Assembly: GCA_937889395.1 (NCBI GenBank)
Contig: CALAOW010000107.1
Span: 1-49,819 of the forward strand
DNA from: an uncultured Pseudomonadota bacterium
GTDB taxonomy: Bacteria; Desulfobacterota; Binatia; Binatales; Binataceae
DNA length: 49,819 bases
Direction of reading: 5' to 3'
In this document: piece by piece, positions 43,266-49,819 of the stretch
How positions within the stretch are numbered: position 1 is the stretch's first letter
Layout of the letters: every line of letters begins with the position of its first letter
Notes under the pieces: generated by a model
What the model saw: the letters and a program-made list of their open reading frames with translations, nothing else
Told to the model about the DNA's origin: nothing
Databases searched by the model: none
Position numbers and translations under genes: made by a program

Positions 43266-43969
43266 GCCGGTTGAATTTGATGGCGGCGATCAAGCGTCTG
43301 TTCGGGAATTTCCGTTTGTCCCGCCAATCCGGGAAGAAGTCCGAAGCCGAATCGCGCTCATCGATTCAATGGGTGGTGGCCGGACTGGGAAATCCCGGCG
43401 AGCAATACTCGCGCGCGCGTCACAACGCCGGATTCATGACAATCGATCGAATCGCGAGAGCGAAAAGCGTCGAACTGAGCCGGCGCAGATTCAAAGGCGT
43501 CACCGCTGAAGTCCGGCTTGCCGCGAAGCCGGCGATACTGGTCAAGCCGCAGACTTTTTACAATCTAAGCGGTGAATGCGTTTCGGACCTGCTCGGATAT
43601 TTCAAAATTGCTCCCGAGCACTTGATCGTAGTGCATGACGAACTCGATCTGGAAGCGGGCCGGCTCAGAATCAAACAGGGGGGCGGCGATGCGGGCAACC
43701 GCGGCGTTCGTTCAATCGCGGAGTCGCTTGGAACAACGGATTTCATTCGGGTCAGAATAGGAATCGGCCGGCCGGCCGGTTTCACTGTCGAAATGGAACC
43801 GGGCCGGCAGCCAAAGACCGAAGAAAACAAAGACTATCTGCTCCGTCCGATGACCGCGGCCGAAAGACAGGCACTGACGCCGATTCTCGAGCGTGCAGCG
43901 AGCGCGGTCGAGGCGATCGCGGAGCACGGACTCGAAGCCGCAATGAATCGCTACAATCAGCGCGGCTAG
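43262..43969 (+). CDS. pth: Peptidyl-tRNA hydrolase (start GTG 43262 or ATG 43280)
   Basis: GLGNPG..Y..ARHNAGF, KPQTFYNLSG, VHDELDL, RVRIGIGRP. Confidence 0.93.
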   Translation: MSRLNLMAAIKRLFGNFRLSRQSGKKSEAESRSSIQWVVAGLGNPGEQYSRARHNAGFMTIDRIARAKSVELSRRRFKGVTAEVRLAAKPAILVKPQTFYNLSGECVSDLLGYFKIAPEHLIVVHDELDLEAGRLRIKQGGGDAGNRGVRSIAESLGTTDFIRVRIGIGRPAGFTVEMEPGRQPKTEENKDYLLRPMTAAERQALTPILERAASAVEAIAEHGLEAAMNRYNQRG

Positions 43970-43972
43970 AAC

Positions 43973-44000
43973 GTTATCCGCGACCGCGCGGATAACAAAA
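43973..44000. terminator. Hairpin after pth
   Basis: 10-bp stem GTTATCCGCG/CGCGGATAAC followed by AAAA. Confidence 0.5.
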
Positions 44001-44215
44001 TGTCGTATAGCGTAATCATTCTGTTGACTTGGAGACAGGGACCGCGCTAGAGCATCAGGACATTGGAACCCTTGTCGCGTTGGGCGGGTAAATTTCGCGT
44101 CCCGTTCGGATGGCTGCGCTATTCGTGCAGATGCGAGAGGGGCCTGGGTTAGCCCCGGTCGGCCACATGCTTCGTGCGGTCTCATAATTTTACATCCAGG
44201 GTTAGGGGGCTGCCC

Positions 44216-44731
44216 ATGTTCGATGAAGACAAGACCCGCTTCAGAAGAGCGGAGGAAGCTCTGCGCTTTTATTTTCGCTTGCGCGAGCTGCTTCACAGCG
44301 GACGGACGAGTCGTTTGGTGGCGGAGGAATTGCCGGCAGATGCGTGCACGATGGCTGCCAACGCAATCGACGACTACCAATGTATCGGATGGTGCATGCA
44401 AGGCCTCGACGAGATCGCTCTGTGGCTGCTGAGCGAACTCTACGGGCCGAGCGGCTTCGGCGTGCGTCGGCGCACATTTTCGCAGGCCTGCAAGGCGGGC
44501 AAGTTGGAGTTCCCGGAGCGGAACTTCCGGCTGCGCGAGATCGGCATGATCCACGGGCATGCACTCGGCGTGGTGAAACGAGGGTTGGGGAGGCTGGGCA
44601 TGATCCCGGTCCGCCATCTGCAAAGCGTGCATGACCGTCGCCGCCGCATTCGGACCGCGGGCAAGCGAGGCCATTATCACGGCAGGCGGGGCGGCCAGGC
44701 AGGGATAATCCGCGCGCGGCGAGTCCGATAG
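44216..44731 (+). CDS. Hypothetical protein with sigma70 region-4-like C-terminal pattern
   Basis: ATG after AGGGGG; L.E..LWLLSELYG...RTF...LREIGMIHGHALGVVKRGL. Confidence 0.65.
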   Translation: MFDEDKTRFRRAEEALRFYFRLRELLHSGRTSRLVAEELPADACTMAANAIDDYQCIGWCMQGLDEIALWLLSELYGPSGFGVRRRTFSQACKAGKLEFPERNFRLREIGMIHGHALGVVKRGLGRLGMIPVRHLQSVHDRRRRIRTAGKRGHYHGRRGGQAGIIRARRVR

Positions 44732-44821
44732 CAGGGGAGGGCGGGCTATTCCGCTCCGTCAATATTCCTGTACGCTTGAGAGCCATTGAAACTCCGGCGA
44801 ACGGAATTGACGAAGCGGGAC

Positions 44822-46006
44822 GTGAACGAAAATCAGGCAAACGAACAGGCCGGCGCGCTCGCCAGCGGCGCCAGCGAGGTTATTTCTCCGGCGGAGCTGG
44901 CGGCCAAGATTGGTCTGGGCCGGCCGCTCAGGATCAAGCTCGGGATGGATCCGACCGCGCCCGATCTGCATCTGGGTCACAGCCTGACGCTGAAGAAGCT
45001 GCGCGACTTTCAGGATGCGGGCCACACCGTAATTTTCCTGGTCGGCGACTTCACGGCGATGATCGGCGATCCCACCGGACGCTCCGAGACGCGAAAGCCA
45101 CTGTCGCGCGAGCAGATCGAGCGCAACGCGGAAACCTATCGCGCGCAGGCGTTCAAGATTCTCGATCGCGAACGCACCGAGGTCCGCTTCAACAGCGAGT
45201 GGATGAATGAATTGGGCGTGCGCCGCCTGATCGAGATTGCGGCGAAGGTGAGCGTCGCCCGGCTGCTGGAGCGGGACGATTTCGAGAAGCGGCTCGAAGC
45301 CGAGGAGCCGCTGTTCCTGCACGAACTGCTTTATCCGGTGATTCAGGGTTACGATTCGGTCGCGCTGGAAGCGGATCTCGAGATTGGCGGCACCGATCAG
45401 AAGTTCAACATGCTGGTCGGCCGCGAGCTGCAAAGGCATTTCGGACAGGCGCCGCAAGCGGTGATGACGATGCCGCTGCTCGAAGGTCTCGACGGCGTGC
45501 GCAAAATGTCCAAGTCATACGGAAACTACGTCGGGCTGACCGACAAGCCCGAGGACATGTACGGCAAGCTGATGTCGGTGCCCGATCAACTGATGGTTCG
45601 ATACTACGAGCTGCTGACGACGGCCACGCCGGAAGAGATCGCGGCGGTGAAGTCGGGCGGATTACATCCGATGGAAGCGAAAAAGCGCCTGGCCCGCACG
45701 ATCGTCGCCGAATACCACGACGCGCGCGCGGCAAATCGCGCCGAGCAATACTTCGAGAGCAAGTTCCAGCGCCGGGAAATTCCAGCCAGCGCGCAGGTGT
45801 ATCGAATCGCCGAGGATCTGTGGATTTGCGAACTGATGAAGCAACTGCAGTTCACGCCTTCGACCAGCGAGGCGCGGCGCCTGGTGAGCCAGGGCGCGGT
45901 GCGGGTGGACGGGCGCACGATAACCGACGTGAATTTTCGCTTCGTGCGGGGCGAGCACAAGGTGCTCGAAGTGGGCAAGCGTCGAGTGGCGCGGATCGAG
46001 CCCTGA
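44822..46006 (+). CDS. tyrS: Tyrosine--tRNA ligase
   Basis: GMDPTAPDLHLGH, GGTDQKFN, KMSKS, C-terminal S4 domain. Confidence 0.97.
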   Translation: MNENQANEQAGALASGASEVISPAELAAKIGLGRPLRIKLGMDPTAPDLHLGHSLTLKKLRDFQDAGHTVIFLVGDFTAMIGDPTGRSETRKPLSREQIERNAETYRAQAFKILDRERTEVRFNSEWMNELGVRRLIEIAAKVSVARLLERDDFEKRLEAEEPLFLHELLYPVIQGYDSVALEADLEIGGTDQKFNMLVGRELQRHFGQAPQAVMTMPLLEGLDGVRKMSKSYGNYVGLTDKPEDMYGKLMSVPDQLMVRYYELLTTATPEEIAAVKSGGLHPMEAKKRLARTIVAEYHDARAANRAEQYFESKFQRREIPASAQVYRIAEDLWICELMKQLQFTPSTSEARRLVSQGAVRVDGRTITDVNFRFVRGEHKVLEVGKRRVARIEP

Positions 46007-46022
46007 CGCATCGCCAGAGCGC

Positions 46023-46286
46023 TCAGTCCGTTTTGCTCTTCTCGGCCAGAGCCACTGCTTCGCGGAGCTTTTCCATGGTGCGGCCGAGCGCCTTGGTGTA
46101 GCGCTGCTTGGTCCAGGTCTCCTTGGTCCGCATCTTGAGCCATCCAAGCTTGACCGCGTCGGGCTTGACCCCCATCTCGCCGGTGGAAACCTCGATGATC
46201 GCGCGTTCTTCGGTGTTGAGCGAATCGAGCACTTCGCGCTTGAGGTTCTGCAGAAATCCGGACTTGAGATCGATATCGATCTTCAT
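46023..46286 (-). CDS. Small hypothetical protein
   Basis: 87 aa, host-like codon usage, charged helical sequence. Confidence 0.7.
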   Translation of the reverse strand: MKIDIDLKSGFLQNLKREVLDSLNTEERAIIEVSTGEMGVKPDAVKLGWLKMRTKETWTKQRYTKALGRTMEKLREAVALAEKSKTD

Positions 46287-46350
46287 CGAAAAGGCACTTC
46301 CATCAGCTAAGCCTAAACCATCGCATGCGTCTCCTCAACGGCTTGACATT

Positions 46351-46421
46351 GGCAGGCGTCACCCCTGCACCCAATGTTAAGATAAAGATGCGGGCGGAGT
46401 TTACCCTGAGTCCTCGAAGGG
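46351..46421. repeat. Dispersed copy of the REP-like family seen at 245-383 and 1433-1455
   Basis: CCCCTGCACCCAATGTTAAG identical to 257-276; ATGCGGGCGGAGTTT-CCCTG shared with 1433-1453. Confidence 0.75.
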
Positions 46422-46473
46422 CCCGGTTAGAGAAGATGAGCGCCGACAACAACGCGGTTGCGTGCGAGTTCGG

Positions 46474-46908
46474 CTATTCTTCTTCGACCGCCTGGCGAAT
46501 CGCGTTCAAGATGAACAGGAACTGATTGGGCGACGAGATGCGGCCGAGCATGCTCACCTTCTGGAGGACCTTGAGCTCCCGAGCCGTCACCTTGTGACGC
46601 GTCAGCGTCCCGCGATCGCCGGCAAACTTGCGCCATGCGTTTTCCTGCCGTTTGGCGGGCGCAGACTCGCGATGATTACCGACCACCCATTGCGCCTCGG
46701 GATGCGCGAGCAGGAACAACCGCTGCTTGTCGAGATCGAGCGTGTTCGCCAGCCGCGACAGCAGCGACAGGGAAGGGCGGCGCCGTCCGTTTTCGAGATA
46801 TGCGACGTGGCTGGCCTTGACGCCGAGCTTGCGCGCAAGTTCACGCTGGGTGAAGGCATAATCAGCGCGACGCTGTTTGAGGACCTGACCGAGAGTTTCT
46901 TTTTTCAT
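46474..46908 (-). CDS. XRE-family HTH regulator with extra C-terminal domain
   Basis: TQRELARKLGVKASHVAYLENGRRRPS; ATGA overlap with the upstream gene. Confidence 0.92.
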   Translation of the reverse strand: MKKETLGQVLKQRRADYAFTQRELARKLGVKASHVAYLENGRRRPSLSLLSRLANTLDLDKQRLFLLAHPEAQWVVGNHRESAPAKRQENAWRKFAGDRGTLTRHKVTARELKVLQKVSMLGRISSPNQFLFILNAIRQAVEEE

Positions 46909-47741
46909 AGGTCGTATTCCGCCAATAGTGCCCATCGGAGTTTTGCATAGTGGATCATCCCGGTCAGATAATTGAAGCTCTGGCCGGGCGGTAGTGAAGC
47001 GCCAAAATCAATTCCCACGGATTTCCGCACGTACTTGCGAATCTGCGCGAACGCCCGGTCGGGAAGCCCGTCAGCGCGCGCGACCAACCCGCAAGCCCAC
47101 GGCGTGGCGAACACTTTGCGCGCGAGCGGTTCGGGATACGCCGCAAGGCTGACGAGCACGTCGGCGGCGAGTTCCGTTGGTCGGACAAGGTGACTGTGAT
47201 GGGCGGCGTTGAAGAAATAGTGAGCTCCGTCGCCGGCGCTGCCGGTAACCTTGGTCGTCACGTAATGGCCTATCTCATGCATGAAGGTTGCTGAGACCGC
47301 GCCCAAATGATGCGCGGTGTTGAGATAAATGAGCGGATGCTTCAGCACTTTGGGGGTTTTGTGGACGTAAAAGCCTCGTAGCGCCATGCCTTCGGGGCCC
47401 CGGTAAGGGGCGGCCTGCAGATGGATCCGCAAGTCCGACGAAATCGCGGCGAGCTGGTCGAGCGTCCCAATTGGAAACGGTTCGCGATTCAACTGCGGCC
47501 ATATCTTCCGCGCCTCGTGGATAATTCCGCGCAACGTGTGGTAATCGAGCGTTCGGCGCATGACGCGCACGTAGTCGAGGCGCGCCAATTGCCGCAGTTC
47601 GCGCTGCGGCTTTCTCCATGCTTTAAGTTCGTTGCGGCCGACTTTGGGTGCCCCTCTCAGGATCTCTTCGACCAGCGCATCTAGCGCGGGACTTCGCTCA
47701 GATTTCAGTTCCACAGCCAACAGTTCCCCAGTTCTGAACAT
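46905..47741 (-). CDS. ImmA/IrrE-like HExxH metallopeptidase
   Basis: LRGFY...LIYLN...ATFMHEIGH...ELAAD pattern; coupled to the XRE gene. Confidence 0.75.
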   Translation of the reverse strand: MFRTGELLAVELKSERSPALDALVEEILRGAPKVGRNELKAWRKPQRELRQLARLDYVRVMRRTLDYHTLRGIIHEARKIWPQLNREPFPIGTLDQLAAISSDLRIHLQAAPYRGPEGMALRGFYVHKTPKVLKHPLIYLNTAHHLGAVSATFMHEIGHYVTTKVTGSAGDGAHYFFNAAHHSHLVRPTELAADVLVSLAAYPEPLARKVFATPWACGLVARADGLPDRAFAQIRKYVRKSVGIDFGASLPPGQSFNYLTGMIHYAKLRWALLAEYDL

Positions 47742-48153
47742 CGAGTGTACGGGGATGGGGGCCCGCGTTGCAAGTGTCTAAAAAGACCTCAGAGAGTTGT
47801 ACTTGCGCTAACACGGTGACTTTGTTAACGACACTTGTAGTTAGCGAATGGCCAGAGCTTGCGCCGTTTGCGTCACTCAATGACCATTCGCACCGATCAC
47901 GACCTGCGAACGCTGTCAGGACGGGGACTCTCTGGGACGCAGCCCGGTCCGGTTCTAATCTAAGGCGGCCCCGAAAGCGAGCGTAAGAGAGGGAGACTCC
48001 GCTCTTTACCAGGCCACGACCGATTTTCATACGGCTTTTTCAAGCTTCCGGCGAGGGGCAGACCTCCTCGCTTCCGGGTCGTCGTCCTACCTCTCAGTTC
48101 CATTGGAAGACGCCGGGGAGAATTAACTCCCCGCGACAGGAGGGACGAGAGCA

Positions 48154-48873
48154 ATGGAACTACGGCAACTCACGACCGAGAGCGAACGACGAATTTTTGG
48201 CGAACGGATGGAGGAGGCGCGCGCGAAGCGGGGCGCACGCTACCGGGACACGCGGCGGTCCAACGTCGGGAGGATTCATCTCGAATACGGGCTGCTCTAC
48301 GGGCTGTTCGAGCACGACGACGACCTCCCTGAGCAAATGATGTCGGGATTCGTGATGCACGATCTCGCCAGCTTCCCGCAAAGTTTTCCGCGGCCCGACT
48401 TGAGCCATCTGTCGGCACGGTCGGTGATCGAGGGCGGAGAGCTGTGGTCGTTCGCCAAGGGAGCCGGTCTGCTGGCGCAGCGCGGCGCGACGATTCTGGC
48501 GGGCCTGATGCAGGCCCAGGCATTCCTGGTTTACCCGACCGTCAAGCCATCTGACCAGTCGGTACCATATGTGCTGGCCAACTTCATTAAGGCCGGCGAT
48601 CCAATAGTGTGTCCGTACTGCGAGACGACCGACGGCGGCAAGCTATGGGTGCAGCCGATGGTGCTCGAGGGTGAGGCGCTGGCGAAGCTGGTGGATGATG
48701 TGTTCGGGATTGGCTTCGAGACCAGCGATTCGATGCGGCGGATTCGGTTCGACAATCCATTCGCGATCGAACCGACGTTGTCCCGTCCAGCAATTCCAGT
48801 CGAGCAGCGTCTGGCGGCAGTTGAATCGGCGGCTGCGCACGGTCACGAGGTAAACGGCGACGCGCAAGCGTAA
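48154..48873 (+). CDS. Hypothetical protein, possible LuxI/FeeM-like N-acyltransferase (GNAT fold)
   Basis: AGGAGG at 48138-48143; motif order LRQLTTESER / LYGLF / VIEGGELW / Y...F.KAGDP / PMVL parallels the acyl-synthase layout; fold is inferred. Confidence 0.6.
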   Translation: MELRQLTTESERRIFGERMEEARAKRGARYRDTRRSNVGRIHLEYGLLYGLFEHDDDLPEQMMSGFVMHDLASFPQSFPRPDLSHLSARSVIEGGELWSFAKGAGLLAQRGATILAGLMQAQAFLVYPTVKPSDQSVPYVLANFIKAGDPIVCPYCETTDGGKLWVQPMVLEGEALAKLVDDVFGIGFETSDSMRRIRFDNPFAIEPTLSRPAIPVEQRLAAVESAAAHGHEVNGDAQA

Positions 48874-48894
48874 ATCAGCGATGCGCCAAAAGAA

Positions 48895-48924
48895 GCGGCG
48901 GCCGATCCGACGATCGGCCGCCGC
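48895..48924. terminator. Rho-independent terminator between convergent genes
   Basis: 13-bp perfect stem GCGGCGGCCGATC/GATCGGCCGCCGC; preceded by AAAAGAA (U-tract on the minus strand). Confidence 0.75.
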
Positions 48925-48950
48925 GTCATCTCAGTTCCAGGAATCCCGGA

Positions 48951-49421
48951 CTAGCTGGCGGAACCCGGCGACGGAAGCTCCGGCTTGCGGCAGCCGCCGC
49001 CGCCGACGCAATTGACGCCGGCGCCGAAATAAATCGTGGCGGCCTTGACCGGAAAGAACAGATAATTGAGCGGCGTCTCGATCAGATCGAACTGCTGCGG
49101 CGGCGCCGCCTCGGCATGAGCTTGCTGCTCGATGCGCTGCTTGGTGTTGGTCTCGACATCCTGGATGCTTGCGAGGCGATCGTCGGGGCCGAAGATCGCC
49201 GCCTTGCCCGGCTCGAGCCAGACGTAGCGCAACACGCTGGCGCCGCTGTGGTTGGGATCGGCGATGTTATCCTTCAGATCAGGCTGGCCCATCGCATCCA
49301 CCGCCTGATCGGGCGTCATGCCGGTGCTTAGCGCCCTGCTCTTCATTGCAAAGCATCCAACGGCGAATAGGGCGAGCAGCCCAACGGCCGCGCGCGCGAA
49401 AAATCTCGGCTGCGTCATCAT
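48951..49421 (-). CDS. Putative lipoprotein with SmpA/OmlA-like domain
   Basis: Lipobox-like AVGC; GMTPDQAVDAMGQPD. Confidence 0.7.
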   Translation of the reverse strand: MMTQPRFFARAAVGLLALFAVGCFAMKSRALSTGMTPDQAVDAMGQPDLKDNIADPNHSGASVLRYVWLEPGKAAIFGPDDRLASIQDVETNTKQRIEQQAHAEAAPPQQFDLIETPLNYLFFPVKAATIYFGAGVNCVGGGGCRKPELPSPGSAS

Positions 49422-49499
49422 CGATATTTCAAGCCTCGTATGGAGCTAACATAACGAAGACATCTGCGGCAACCTGACTGTGTTTCATCGGGGTCCTGG

Positions 49500-49763
49500 T
49501 CACTTTGATGAAGATGAATTCACGACGCTCGGCGCCGGCGCAATTATGGCGGGGATCGCCGCTGACACTGTGGCCGGCGCCGGCTGCGCGCTGCACGCGC
49601 CCGCTTGCGACGCCGTCAGCATCACCGGCTGCGCGCCAGCACTTGGCGACGGGCTCGCGAACGGATGGGTCAAATCGTAGAAGCCGTTGATGAACCGAAG
49701 CCCCCATCCACCGCCGTTATCCATAAAGCCGGTCAGTTGGTTGTACAGCGTGGGGTCGTTGAT
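49500..49763 (-). CDS. 3' part of an MlaD/MCE-family protein
   Basis: INDPTLYNQL motif typical of the MlaD helical C-terminus; 5' part is disrupted at the window edge. Confidence 0.6.
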   Translation of the reverse strand: MNDPTLYNQLTGFMDNGGGWGLRFINGFYDLTHPFASPSPSAGAQPVMLTASQAGACSAQPAPATVSAAIPAIIAPAPSVVNSSSSK

Positions 49764-49819
49764 GACATCCGCCAGTCGTCGCATGACTTGAAAGACATCC
49801 TGCAGAAGATCAACTCGAG

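Noticed and set aside
46474-47741. Prophage or ICE immunity region
   Set aside because: No integrase, phage or conjugation genes, and no att repeats found nearby

Overview
High-GC bacterial chromosomal segment. Gene content and style suggest a deltaproteobacterial-type soil organism, possibly Binatota/'Ca. Binatus'; this is inference only. Most of the window is housekeeping: tRNA-Ile2(CAT), a zinc-ribbon gene, rnpB, rmuC, clpS-clpA, nadB, pgsA-tRNA-Gly, xfp-pgm-ackA, SRAP, tRNA-Cys, a B12 acyl-CoA mutase, two separated ArsA/Get3-like ATPases, fabF-fabH, tkt-pgl, typA, an AsmA-like gene, hisC-pth and tyrS. Small accessory islets are embedded in it. The best candidate for an undescribed system is a 3.46 kb integrase-less insert (38662-42121). 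It is flanked by an exact 26-27 bp direct repeat of the 3' end of an oxidoreductase gene and has 8-bp terminal inverted repeats. Its cargo is a Mesh1-like HD hydrolase, a PD-(D/E)XK-like nuclease and a translationally coupled beta-CASP/RNase J-like nuclease (putative anti-phage module). The second candidate is an ImmA/IrrE-like protease-XRE pair divergent from a gene with a LuxI/FeeM-like acyltransferase pattern. Also noted: a gap-free ~230-nt diverged non-coding duplicate, a MITE-like element with 26-bp TIRs and an internal 87-bp tandem, a NucS-like/RAMA nuclease behind tRNA-Cys, and an apparent inversion junction in the last 59 bp. All family calls come from motif recognition; no searches were run.
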